Origin: Dehalococcoidia bacterium
GTDB lineage: Bacteria; Chloroflexota; Dehalococcoidia; UBA6926
Assembly (NCBI GenBank): GCA_963666115.2
Contig: CAXXET010000006.1
Location: 96,001-160,000 of the forward strand
Length of the DNA stretch: 64,000 bases
Direction: 5' to 3'
Both the position numbers and the translations under genes were made by a program. Shown piece after piece: positions 28,708-38,287 of the stretch; position 1 is the first letter of the stretch; every line of letters starts with the position of its first letter. The notes beneath the pieces are model-generated. The model worked only from the letters and a program-made list of their open reading frames with translations. It had not been told where the DNA came from and did not search any database.

Positions 28708-29028
28708 CTAGGGCGTATACACCAGCTGCCTGCTCATCGCCTCGTAAACGCCGCGCAAATGCGTCCCCAGCCCATACTCTTTCGCATCCTCCTCTAGGTC
28801 AAGGTAGAGTTCGATGAGGGAGGCCTGCAGGTCTGAGATAGCTTCCTCAATCGACTTGCCGTCGCCGTACCAGTAGTTGAACTCGTCCGGCGCGCCGGCG
28901 ACCACCCATCCGTCCTCGCCAACGTAGAGACGCACGTGGATTGGCTCAACTACGCGGAAACGGCTGTCGTTCAAACTATCTATAGTAGTCGTCGAAGTCG
29001 GAGCAGGCTCCTCGTCGCTTAGACTCAT
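28708..29028 (-). CDS. HicB-like protein, orphan
   Basis: WVVAGAPDEF.YWYGDGKSIEEAISDLQ.SL.ELY.DL. Shares DSL.DSR.RV.EP with 24869..25198. Confidence 0.65.
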   Translation of the reverse strand: MSLSDEEPAPTSTTTIDSLNDSRFRVVEPIHVRLYVGEDGWVVAGAPDEFNYWYGDGKSIEEAISDLQASLIELYLDLEEDAKEYGLGTHLRGVYEAMSRQLVYTP

Positions 29029-29039
29029 GTCGCCCCCCA

Positions 29040-29720
29040 TCACAACTTGCTAGCCAGCTCCTCCATATGCCCCGTCACCAAAAACACAATCCGCTCTGCG
29101 ATATTCGTCGTCCGGTCCGCGATGCGCTCAAAGTTGTGCGTCGCCCACACCAGGTACGTCGCCTCCTGCACCAGCGACGGATTCTCGATCATGATCTGGA
29201 TTAGCGCGTGGTAGGACGAATCCTGCATCGCGTCGACTTCATCATCCTCGTCGCAGATCGCGCGGGCCGTTTCGGCATCCCTCTCCACTAGGGCCGTCAA
29301 TGTCCGCCGCAGCATGTCCCGGCACTTGTCCGCCATCTGCGGCAGCGTCTCCAGAGGACGCACCGCGCTGTCCGCCCCGATCAACTCCGCGAGCCGCGCG
29401 TTCCCCTCCGCGTGATCCGCCATCCGCTCAAGATCGACAATCACGTTCAGAACCGTGACAACAACGCGCAAGTCGCCGGCCATCGGCTGCTGCGTTGCGA
29501 TAACCCGAATCGCCTTTTCCTCGATATCGAAGCGTGCCTTGTCGATGCGTTCATCCTCGGCAACCACCTGCTGCGCCAGGATCGCGTCACGGTTCAGCAG
29601 CGCCTCGAGAGAGCGTTCGATGGACTTGTCCACCATGGAGCCCATGGCGAGAACGTCATCCAGGAGTTCGCGCAGCAGCCGGTCAAAGTCGGTGCGCGTC
29701 GCGTGCGGTTCCATTGCCAT
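29040..29720 (-). CDS. phoU: Phosphate signalling protein PhoU
   Basis: QQPMAGDLR, DLERMADHA and FERIADRTTNIAER. Confidence 0.96.
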   Translation of the reverse strand: MAMEPHATRTDFDRLLRELLDDVLAMGSMVDKSIERSLEALLNRDAILAQQVVAEDERIDKARFDIEEKAIRVIATQQPMAGDLRVVVTVLNVIVDLERMADHAEGNARLAELIGADSAVRPLETLPQMADKCRDMLRRTLTALVERDAETARAICDEDDEVDAMQDSSYHALIQIMIENPSLVQEATYLVWATHNFERIADRTTNIAERIVFLVTGHMEELASKL

Positions 29721-29772
29721 CGTCTGTCACCTCCCCGGCTTCCGGTTCGTTTTGACAGGTTATCCAGTCTAC

Positions 29773-30696
29773 CTAACTAAAGCGTCCGGTGATATAGTCC
29801 TCGGTCGTCTTCTCTGTCGGATTCGTGAATATCTCTGATGTGGGCCCGTACTCAACGAGCATCCCGGCGCGGTCCTCCCCCATGTGCATGAACGCCGTCA
29901 TCTCGGATACCCGCGCCGCCTGCTGCATGTTGTGCGTGACGACCAGGATCGTATACTCGCGCCCCAGTTCCTGCATCAGTTCCTCGATGCGGAGCGTTGA
30001 CGCCGGATCCAGCGCGGAGCACGGCTCGTCCATCAGGATCACGTCTGGCTCGACGGCAAGCGTCCGTGCAATGCACAGCCGCTGCTGCTGGCCCCCGGAA
30101 AGCTCGTTCCCCTGCTGCTTCAGCTTGTCCTTCACCTCGTCCCACAGCGCCGCCTGCGTCAGGCACCGCTCCACAATCTCATCCAGATCCTCGCGCTTCG
30201 TGACTCCGTGGCGACGCGGTCCGTAGGTGATGTTGTCATAGATGGACATTGGCAGCGGGTTGGGCCGCTGGAAGACCATCCCGACGGCGCGCCGCAGCTC
30301 CGTCACGTCCACGCGGCGGTCATAGATCGGCACGCCGCTCATCTCGACAGCGCCCTCGACCCGCGCGCCCGGAATCAGGTCGTTCATGCGATTGAAGCTG
30401 CGCAGAAGTGAACTCTTGCCGCAGCCGGACGCGCCGATGATTGCCGTCACCGTGCGTTCGGGAATCTCGACGGACACGTCGCGGAGAGCGCGGAACTCGC
30501 CGTAGTACAGGGACATATTCTCCGTGCGCAGTGAAACGGGCCGCTCCGCCGCCGCTATCCTGTCCGTCTCCCGTGCTGTCGTCATCGCATTGTCCCGCCC
30601 CGTGCCGTTCCGACCTGTATCTCCATTTGCCACGGTTGTCATGATAGGCGTCCGAAGCGGCTCGGCGCTGCGTGGGCTTTCAGTCATTTTGTTCAT
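29773..30696 (-). CDS. pstB: Phosphate ABC transporter ATPase
   Basis: [31 protein letters not shown] and [10 protein letters not shown]. Confidence 0.95.
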   Translation of the reverse strand: MNKMTESPRSAEPLRTPIMTTVANGDTGRNGTGRDNAMTTARETDRIAAAERPVSLRTENMSLYYGEFRALRDVSVEIPERTVTAIIGASGCGKSSLLRSFNRMNDLIPGARVEGAVEMSGVPIYDRRVDVTELRRAVGMVFQRPNPLPMSIYDNITYGPRRHGVTKREDLDEIVERCLTQAALWDEVKDKLKQQGNELSGGQQQRLCIARTLAVEPDVILMDEPCSALDPASTLRIEELMQELGREYTILVVTHNMQQAARVSEMTAFMHMGEDRAGMLVEYGPTSEIFTNPTEKTTEDYITGRFS

Positions 30697-30705
30697 CACT
30701 CCCGC

Positions 30706-31501
30706 CTATCCAAACCGTCCTGTGATATAGTCCTCGGTCGCCCTCTTCTGCGGCGTCGAAAAGATGTCGCCCCGTCTCCCCGAATTCCACGACATAGCCG
30801 CTGCGCTCGTCGTCGACCGTCAGGAACGTCGTGTAATCGGAGACGCGCGCTGCCTGCTGCATGTTGTGTGTGACAAGAGCGATGGTGTAGTTCGGCGCCA
30901 GTTCCCGCATCAGGTCCTCGATGGCCAGCGTCGCGATGGGATCGAGCGATGAACACGGCTCATCCATCAGGATGACCTCCGGGTCCAGCGCCAGCGTCCG
31001 CGCGATGCACAGCCTCTGCTGCTGGCCGCCCGACAACTGGTACGCCGATTGCTTCAGCCTGTCCTTCACCTCGTCCCACAACGCCGCCTGCCGCAGGCAC
31101 CGTTCCACAAGCGCGCCCATGTCGCCCTTGTACCCGGCGAGCTTTGGCCCAAACGCGACGTTGTCGTAGATCGACTTCGGGAACGGGTTTGGCTTCTGGA
31201 AGACCATGCCGATACGGAAGCGAATCTCGGTCGGGTCCGCCTCCTCCGCGTACACGTTGTCCCCGTGAAAGAGAACCTCCCCGTCCACCCGCGCCGTTCT
31301 GATCAGGTCGTTCATCCGGTTCATGCACCGCAAGAGCGAGCTCTTGCCGCAGCCGGACGGCCCGATGAACGCCGTGATCTTCCGTGGCGGAATGTCCAGG
31401 TTCACGTCCTTGAGCGCCTGGAAGTCCCCGTAATAGAGGTTCAGCCCTCGAACGGACAGGGCAGGGGGCGCGGATACCGCCGTCTCTGTTGCAATTGCCA
31501 T
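30706..31501 (-). CDS. pstB: Second phosphate ABC ATPase with a +1 frameshift near the C-terminus
   Basis: GPSGCGKS and [16 protein letters not shown]. Removing one base from the C-run at ~30770 restores [23 protein letters not shown]. Confidence 0.9.
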
Positions 31502-31509
31502 TCTGTCTC

Positions 31510-32418
31510 TCACTCCTCAGACCGCCGCTGGAACCTGTCCCGCAGCAGGATCGCCGTCGCGTTCATGGTCAGCAGCACCAGCAGCAGGATGATGATCGCC
31601 GCCGCCGTCACGTGCTGCCAGTCCAACTGCGGGCGCGACACCCAGTTGAAGATCTGGATCGGCAGCACCGTGAACCGCTCAAATGGATGCCCGGGCGTGA
31701 ACGTCACGAAGACGAGGCCGGAGATGGCGAGCAACGGCGCCGCCTCCCCAATCGCGCGGGACATCGCGAGGATCGTGCCCGTCAGGATGCCCGGCAAGGC
31801 CGACGGCAATACGACGTGCCGCACCGTCTGCCATCGCGTCGCTCCCAGGGCCAGCGAACCCTGCCGGTAGCTGTCGGGCACGGACCGGATCGCCTCCCGG
31901 CCCGCCACGATCAACAGCGGCAGCACCAGCAGTGTCAGTGTCAGTGCGCCGGCAAGGATGACCCGGTCCATGCTCAGCAGGAACACGAAGACCGCCAGCC
32001 CCAACAGCCCGTACACGATGGACGGCACGCCCGCCAGGTTGGAGATATTCACCTCGATGAGCTGCGTCAGCCTGTTTCGCGGCGCGTACTCCTCAAGATA
32101 GATCGCAGTCGCCGTCCCGATGGGGAATGTGAACAACGCCGTCAACCCGCCAACCCATAGCGTGCCGAAGAGGGCGGAGCGCAAACCTGCATCAGGCGGT
32201 CGCCGTGACGGATAGGTGGACAAAAAATCCCAGTCGATCCACGGCAGCCCGTCGATGAGAACGTCGATGATAAGCGCGGCCAACGTCGCAAGCCCCACGA
32301 ACGTTGACGTGAAGAACAGCGCGACCGCCGCGTTGCCAAGCAGACGCCGCCCGCGCAGGCTCCTGTGAAACTGCTCTGCGCTGACGCCCCGGACGCCGCT
32401 GTTCCCTGTTGTCGCCAT
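31510..32418 (-). CDS. pstA: Phosphate ABC permease PstA
   Basis: [22 protein letters not shown] and [10 protein letters not shown]. Confidence 0.95.
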   Translation of the reverse strand: MATTGNSGVRGVSAEQFHRSLRGRRLLGNAAVALFFTSTFVGLATLAALIIDVLIDGLPWIDWDFLSTYPSRRPPDAGLRSALFGTLWVGGLTALFTFPIGTATAIYLEEYAPRNRLTQLIEVNISNLAGVPSIVYGLLGLAVFVFLLSMDRVILAGALTLTLLVLPLLIVAGREAIRSVPDSYRQGSLALGATRWQTVRHVVLPSALPGILTGTILAMSRAIGEAAPLLAISGLVFVTFTPGHPFERFTVLPIQIFNWVSRPQLDWQHVTAAAIIILLLVLLTMNATAILLRDRFQRRSEE

Positions 32419-32430
32419 GTTCAAGCGCCC

Positions 32431-33384
32431 CTAATACGCCTGCCGCCAGCGGCGAACCACCCAGTGGCCCAGGACATTCATGGCCAGCGTCATCACGAAC
32501 AGCAGCAGGGCCACGGCGAAGATCGTGTAATAGATCGTCGTCCCCTGGGGTGTCTCGCCGAAGCCCACCTGGACGATGTAGGCCGTCATCGTCTGGATGC
32601 TCTCCCGCGGGTCCAGCGTGAGACGTGGAGTCGCGCCCGCCGCGATGGTCACCAGCATCGTCTCGCCGATGGCGCGTGAAAGCCCGAGTATGATTGCCGC
32701 CACGATGCCGGACAACGCCGCCGGCGTCACAACCCGCGTCGCCACCTCAAACCGTGTCGCCCCCAGCGCATACGCCGCCTCTCGCAATGAGCGCGGCACC
32801 GCCAGCATCGCGTCCTCCGTCAACGATGACACAATCGGGATAATCATCACGCCCATCACCAGGCCCGCGCTCAGCGCGTTGAAGATGATCATGTCCGGGA
32901 ACAGGTACTCCTGCAGCAGGGGCGTCACGAACGTCAATGCGAAGTAGCCGTACACGACCGTCGGAATGCCCGCGAGGATTTCCAGCATCGGCTTGACGAT
33001 GCGCCGGAAGCGGTCCGGCGCGTACTCGCTCAGGAAGATGGCCGTGAACAGCCCCACCGGCCCCGCCACCATGATTGCGATGGCCGCCACCAGCACGGTG
33101 CCCGCGACCAGCGGCAGCACGCCGAAGAGGGATGGCTGGAATCGCGGCGTCCAGACGGTGCCCGTCATGAACTCCCACACGGAGACATCCTGGAAGAACC
33201 GGAAGCTCTCATTCACCAGGACGAAGACAATCCCGAGTGTCGTGGCGATTGAGATAACCGTCGCTCCAAGAAGGAGCATGTGAATCGCTGTCTCGGTTCC
33301 GCGCTCTCTCCGTGAGCCGGACAGCAGGCGCTTCTCCAGGTCCTCCCGCGAAACGCGCGGCGCGGTGTATGACGCGTCAGCCAA
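32431..33384 (-). CDS. pstC: Phosphate ABC permease PstC
   Basis: [15 protein letters not shown] and LSRAIGETM. Confidence 0.95.
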   Translation of the reverse strand: MADASYTAPRVSREDLEKRLLSGSRRERGTETAIHMLLLGATVISIATTLGIVFVLVNESFRFFQDVSVWEFMTGTVWTPRFQPSLFGVLPLVAGTVLVAAIAIMVAGPVGLFTAIFLSEYAPDRFRRIVKPMLEILAGIPTVVYGYFALTFVTPLLQEYLFPDMIIFNALSAGLVMGVMIIPIVSSLTEDAMLAVPRSLREAAYALGATRFEVATRVVTPAALSGIVAAIILGLSRAIGETMLVTIAAGATPRLTLDPRESIQTMTAYIVQVGFGETPQGTTIYYTIFAVALLLFVMTLAMNVLGHWVVRRWRQAY

Positions 33385-33439
33385 AAAGTTAGTCCCTCCC
33401 CAATAGGGCCCCGACAGCCCCGCGCATAAGAATGCCCCA

Positions 33440-33461
33440 CCCGGATTAAGCGCGTGTTAAA
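33440..33461 (-). promoter_or_regulatory. Possible PHO box upstream of pstC
   Basis: Two TTAA units 11 nt apart (TTTAACACGCG/CTTAATCCGGG on -). Confidence 0.4.
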
Positions 33462-33486
33462 GAACCCGCTCCCCTTTCCCACTGTC

Positions 33487-33520
33487 CCCTCTCCCTCTGG
33501 GAGAGGGCTAGGGTGAGGGT
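33487..33520 (+). repeat. Repeat family D (CCCTCTCCCTCTGGGAGAGGGCTAGGGTGAGGG)
   Basis: Related copies at 25302, 48415 and 51448. Supplies the arsC stop. Confidence 0.8.
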
Positions 33521-33942
33521 ATCCCCAACTCCTCCAGCAGGCTCGCCACCCGCGCCCGTATCGTGTCCCGGATCTCCCGGACCTCCCTCAACGGCCGGCC
33601 CTTTGGATCAGGAAGCCCCCAGTCCTCCGCGTCAAATATCGCCCCTGGGCACGCGTCATCAACGTTGCACCCCATCGTGATGACGCGGTCCGCCCCCTCC
33701 AGCATCTCCTCCGTCACCACCTGCGGCGTCGCGTCTGCCAGTTCCAGCCCAATCTCGCGCATCGCGTCCACCACTTGTGGGTGAACGTGCTCCGCAGGCA
33801 TCGTCCCCGCGGACATCGCCGTAGCCCTCCCCTCGGAGAGAACATTCAGCAGCGATGCTGCCATCTGGCTGCGGCCCGCGTTGTGAACGCAAACGAACAG
33901 GACCTCCGGATGCTGATTCGGGGAGCGGTGTGCCCCTGTCAT
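33508..33942 (-). CDS. arsC: Thioredoxin-type arsenate reductase (LMW-PTP fold)
   Basis: VLFVCVHNAGRSQMA, VITMGC.VDDACP and EDWGLPDP. Confidence 0.85.
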   Translation of the reverse strand: MTGAHRSPNQHPEVLFVCVHNAGRSQMAASLLNVLSEGRATAMSAGTMPAEHVHPQVVDAMREIGLELADATPQVVTEEMLEGADRVITMGCNVDDACPGAIFDAEDWGLPDPKGRPLREVREIRDTIRARVASLLEELGIPSP

Positions 33943-33970
33943 CTCCTCGCCCCTTTCAACGTCGAAGCCG

Positions 33971-34930
33971 CTAGGCCCCGGTGTATGCCTTGATCAGCTT
34001 GCCCTTCTCCTCGTCATAGTCGGGGAGGGCAGTGTAGCCGACCTCCGGCACGAGCCGCGGCAGGTTGTCGAGGTAGTAATCGACAAACAGCTTGAGCTCA
34101 GGCCGCAGGCGAAGCTTGTTGACGTCCACGTAGATGAAGATCGGGCGGGCCAGCGGCGCATAGCTGCCGTCCGCGACCGTTTCATCACTCGGGGCGACGC
34201 AGCCGTTGCCCCCGTCGATCTCCACCAGCTTCAACTGGCTCGCGTTCTCCGCGTAGTAGGCGTACCCGAAGTACCCCAGGGAGTTGCGGTCCCCGGAGAT
34301 GCCGCGCACCAGCACGTTGTCGTCCGAAGACGCCACGTAATTGGAGCGGGACACACCCTCATCCCCATTTACCACGTGTGTGAAGTAGTCGAATGTCCCT
34401 GACTCCGTATCCGGCCCGTACAGGTTGAGGGGCTCGCTCGGGAATCCGGGGCGCACGTCATCCCACGAATCGACCATGCTGTCCGGCTTCCAGATTTCAC
34501 TCAGCTCAGCGACTGTCAGGCAGTCAACGAAGTCATTCTCCGTGCTGACCATCACGGCCAGCCCGTCCAGCGCCACCGTCAACTCCACGTAGTTGATCCC
34601 GTTCTCCGCAGCTATTGCCGCCTCGGAGTCCTTGATGGGGCGGGATGCATCGGAAATCTCCGTCTCCCCTACGGTGAACCGCTTGAAGCCGCCGCCCGTG
34701 CCGGAGATGCCAACGTTTACGCGAACGTCCGGGTGCTCTCGAAGAAACTCTTCGGCAACCGCCTCGGAGATCGGCGCGACCGTGCTTGAACCGTCAATCT
34801 CAATAGTGCCTGTCAGCTGCATGTCGCCGCCCGAATCGCCGCCGTCCCCGCACGCCGCGCCCCCAAGCACGACGATCAGTCCAAGAACGCCGGCAAACAT
34901 AAACCGGCGCCACGTCTTGCCTAACTGCAT
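33971..34930 (-). CDS. pstS: Phosphate-binding lipoprotein PstS
   Basis: Lipobox [23 protein letters not shown] and SGTFDYF. Confidence 0.95.
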   Translation of the reverse strand: MQLGKTWRRFMFAGVLGLIVVLGGAACGDGGDSGGDMQLTGTIEIDGSSTVAPISEAVAEEFLREHPDVRVNVGISGTGGGFKRFTVGETEISDASRPIKDSEAAIAAENGINYVELTVALDGLAVMVSTENDFVDCLTVAELSEIWKPDSMVDSWDDVRPGFPSEPLNLYGPDTESGTFDYFTHVVNGDEGVSRSNYVASSDDNVLVRGISGDRNSLGYFGYAYYAENASQLKLVEIDGGNGCVAPSDETVADGSYAPLARPIFIYVDVNKLRLRPELKLFVDYYLDNLPRLVPEVGYTALPDYDEEKGKLIKAYTGA

Positions 34931-34990
34931 CTTTCCTCCCTGTCCTCGTGCAGACTTACTCACCCAGTTGTCTCAACTGAGCGTAGGCAA

Positions 34991-35034
34991 GATGCATTAA
35001 CGACAAGGCAACACGCCGTTAACACCTGATTAAG
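34991..35034 (-). promoter_or_regulatory. Putative PHO box (four 11-nt direct repeat units)
   Basis: On -: CTTAATCAGGT GTTAACGGCGT GTTGCCTTGTC GTTAATGCATC, immediately upstream of pstS. Confidence 0.65.
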
Positions 35035-37825
35035 ACATCGTCCCCCAGGACGCCCCCGCCTTCACGTCCACCACCAGCGGCACGTCAAGCTCCGGCATCA
35101 CCACCGGCATCACCTCGTCCACGATGGCCGCCAGCGCCTCCCGTTCATCATCCGGCGCCTCAAAAAGCAGCTCATCGTGAATCTGCAGCAGCATCAGCGT
35201 CCGCATCCCTGACTCATCCAGCCGCTCCTGCATCCTTAACATCGCCAGCTTGATGATCTCCGCCGCCGTCCCCTGCACGGGCATGTTGATCGCCATCCGC
35301 TCCGCCGCCGCGCGCGCCTGCTGGTTGGACGCCGTGATCTCCGGCAAGTAGCGCCGCCGCCCCAGCAGCGTCTGCACGTAGCCGTTCTCTCGCGCTCCGG
35401 CGATGGTTTCGTCCATGTACGTGCGAACCTTCGGGAACCGCTCGAAATACGCAGTGATGAACGCGTCCGCCTCCTTGCGGTCCATCTCAAGCCGCGTCGC
35501 CAATCCGAACCCGCCCATCCCGTACACGATGCCGAAGTTCACTGCCTTCGCAATGCGCCGGTGGTCGGATGTCACCCCGTCCGGCGCGATGCCGAGAACC
35601 TGCGACGCTGTCGAGGAGTGAATGTCCTCTCCGGCGTGAAACGCATCCTTTAATCCCGCGTCGTCGGAGAGGTGCGCCAGCACGCGCAACTCCACCTGCG
35701 AATAATCCGCTGACACCAGCGCCGACCCGTCCCCCGCGATGAACGCCTCCCGGATGCGCCGCCCAGATTCCGTTCGCACGGGGATGTTCTGGAGATTCGG
35801 GTCCTGCGACGCGATGCGCCCCGTCGCCGAGCCCGTCTGGTTGAAGCTCGTATGAATCCGCCCGGTCCCCGTGTAGACCTCCTTGGGCAGTGCGTCCACG
35901 TACGTGGAAACCAGCTTGGACAACTCGCGGTATTCCAGAATGCGCTGTACGATGTGGCTGTGCGGCTCGCCGCTCTTGACCAGCCCCTCCAGCACGGACG
36001 CATCTGTTGAATAGCCCGTCTGAGTCCGCCGCCGCGCCGGCAGCCCCAGCTTCTCAAATAAAACCTCTCCCAGTTGCTTGGGAGAATTAAGGTTGAAGAC
36101 GAGGGGCTCGTCCATGCCGGCCCCCGCGCCCGCCTCGTCGTAGATCTCCTGCGTCATCTGGTCCAGGTGTCCGTGCATCTCTCCGGACATCCGCGACAGC
36201 AGGTCTGCGTCCAGCCGCACCCCGTTGCGCTCCATGCGTGACAGCACCGGCGCGAGCGGCATCTCAAGTCCCTCAAACAACGCTTCTGCACGCTGTTCTT
36301 TAAGGGTAGGCGCCCACGACTCCATCATCCGCAACGCGTAGTCCGCGGCGGAGCACGCGTACCCCATCGCAGTCTCAGCCTCCAGGGCGTGGAACGGAAT
36401 CGCCTTCTTCCCCGTTCCCAGCAGTTCGTCGAGCGTCGGCAGCTCCTGTCCGAACTCCGAGAGGACAAGCTGTGGCAGGGCAGTGGACGGCTTGCCGAGC
36501 ATATGCGCCGCCACGGACGTATCCCAGATCGGGTTGTCGATCTCAATGCCGGCGTTGGCGAAGAGCGGCAGAACCTCCCGCGCCACGTGCGCCACAAGCG
36601 TCCGCGGCGTCCCCTCCGGCCCGTCCTCCCCCAAAAATCGCCCCAGCCGCTCCAGCATCTCCCCGCCGGCCGCAAGGGGCATCCCAAGCCCCTCTTCCAT
36701 TAACGGAACAAAAGCGGCCTCCCCGGGCGCCCACGACAACCCAATTCCCGCCGCCGTCCCTTCCATCACCTGGGACGATGTCGTTGGCGCGACGATGGCC
36801 GTATGCGGCGCGTGTGCAATCTCGCTCAATAGAACATCCAGATCCTGCGGCGTCGTGACAGTCTGGTAGGACGTGTCCACGTCCGGTATCGCGACTGCGG
36901 GCGATGGCGATTCCTCCCCCGCGTCGCCAATATCCGGTATCCGGTTGATCAGCGAGTTGAACTCCATCGCCCGGAAAAAATCGACCAGCCGTGAGCGGTC
37001 AAACCTCTCCGTCCACTGCAAATCGTCCAGCGTCACCGGCAGGTCAAGCGTCGTCACGATGCGCGTCAACTCCAGTCCCTGCATCGCCGACTCCCGCCCG
37101 TCGATCAGGCGCTGCCGCACCCGCTCCGGCTGCACGTCGTCAATCTGCTCATACAACGCGCCAACCGTGCCGTACTCCTGCAGCAGCGTCGTCGCCGTCT
37201 TTGAGCCCACCCCCGCCACGCCCGGGATATTGTCGGACGGGTCGCCCTGTAGCGCCTTTAGGTCCGGTATCTGCTCCGGCGTAAGCCCGTACCGCTCTTT
37301 CACCCCGTCGGGATCGAAGAGCGACTCATTCCGCGCGCCCCGTTGATACAGCACGCTCACCGTCGGCGAAACCAGCTGCATCGTGTCCTGGTCGCCCGTC
37401 ACGATGACGGTTCGCAGCCCTCGTTCCGTGGCGCGGTGGGAGAAATGCCCCAGCACGTCGTCCGCCTCATACCCTTGCAGCTCCAGGATGGGTATGCCGA
37501 ACGACTCCACCGCTTCCCGCACCCGCCCGTACTGGCTCCGCATCTCGTCCGGCATGTGTGGCCGCTGCGCCTTGTACTCCGCGTACATCTCGTGGCGAAA
37601 CGTCGGGCCGGACATGTCGAACGCCACCGCCGCATACGCCGGACGCATCTGCCCCAGCGCCTTCAACAGCGACGACGCCACGCCGTACACGGCGTTGATC
37701 ACCTCGCCGGTCTGCGAAACCGACATGTGCGGAATCGCGTGGAACGCCCGGTGAAACATCGCGTGGCCGTCGAAGAGCGCCACGAGACTGTCATCGATCT
37801 CGTGCCTACGGCTCCGTGGTGGCAT
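35030..37825 (-). CDS. polA: DNA polymerase I
   Basis: 5'-3' exonuclease (FDGH..FHRAFHA, YEADD), SADYSQVELRVLAH, AKAVNFGIVYG and LQIHDEL. Confidence 0.98.
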   Translation of the reverse strand: MPPRSRRHEIDDSLVALFDGHAMFHRAFHAIPHMSVSQTGEVINAVYGVASSLLKALGQMRPAYAAVAFDMSGPTFRHEMYAEYKAQRPHMPDEMRSQYGRVREAVESFGIPILELQGYEADDVLGHFSHRATERGLRTVIVTGDQDTMQLVSPTVSVLYQRGARNESLFDPDGVKERYGLTPEQIPDLKALQGDPSDNIPGVAGVGSKTATTLLQEYGTVGALYEQIDDVQPERVRQRLIDGRESAMQGLELTRIVTTLDLPVTLDDLQWTERFDRSRLVDFFRAMEFNSLINRIPDIGDAGEESPSPAVAIPDVDTSYQTVTTPQDLDVLLSEIAHAPHTAIVAPTTSSQVMEGTAAGIGLSWAPGEAAFVPLMEEGLGMPLAAGGEMLERLGRFLGEDGPEGTPRTLVAHVAREVLPLFANAGIEIDNPIWDTSVAAHMLGKPSTALPQLVLSEFGQELPTLDELLGTGKKAIPFHALEAETAMGYACSAADYALRMMESWAPTLKEQRAEALFEGLEMPLAPVLSRMERNGVRLDADLLSRMSGEMHGHLDQMTQEIYDEAGAGAGMDEPLVFNLNSPKQLGEVLFEKLGLPARRRTQTGYSTDASVLEGLVKSGEPHSHIVQRILEYRELSKLVSTYVDALPKEVYTGTGRIHTSFNQTGSATGRIASQDPNLQNIPVRTESGRRIREAFIAGDGSALVSADYSQVELRVLAHLSDDAGLKDAFHAGEDIHSSTASQVLGIAPDGVTSDHRRIAKAVNFGIVYGMGGFGLATRLEMDRKEADAFITAYFERFPKVRTYMDETIAGARENGYVQTLLGRRRYLPEITASNQQARAAAERMAINMPVQGTAAEIIKLAMLRMQERLDESGMRTLMLLQIHDELLFEAPDDEREALAAIVDEVMPVVMPELDVPLVVDVKAGASWGTMS

Positions 37826-38204
37826 CCCGATCCTCCGGCAGCATCCACGCGCGCAGCGCAAGAACACGCGCCCGCGCCCGGTGAAGCTCCCCCAACGCCT
37901 CGATGATCGCGCGCGCGTCAGGCCAACCGGCCAAATCCACGTCCGTGCGGAAGGGATGTGTCGTGATGTGGAGCGGCAGCAGTTCCGCCGCCGTCTCGCT
38001 GTTCGTGGGCGCCAGGGACAGGGGATTCTCGGACAGGTGCTGGCCGAGGCTGCCGAGGCGCTCGGCAAGGCCGCGTACCCGTGACTCCGCCGCACGGAGC
38101 GCGGTCAGCGCCTCCGCATACCGTTCACGGGGCGTCCGTGTCTCGTGGCCGCCTGTCGCCACCCGTGCCGCTTCAGGCGGCGGAACTGCTCGTCGCTGCA
38201 TCAT
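37806..38204 (-). CDS. Hypothetical helical protein
   Basis: ORF overlapping the polA start in the same orientation, with plausible codon use. Confidence 0.5.
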   Translation of the reverse strand: MMQRRAVPPPEAARVATGGHETRTPRERYAEALTALRAAESRVRGLAERLGSLGQHLSENPLSLAPTNSETAAELLPLHITTHPFRTDVDLAGWPDARAIIEALGELHRARARVLALRAWMLPEDRDATTEP

Positions 38205-38287
38205 CGTTCTCACACAAGAGTACCGTATAATCGTTGGGTAGGCGCGGAGCGGGCATCCCGGACACCATGCAGCGAGGGCGAATGCAA

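Noticed and set aside
35030-38095. Extended 1021-aa PolA N-terminus
   Set aside because: The first 90 codons overlap a separate ORF; PolA motifs begin after the ATG at 37825.
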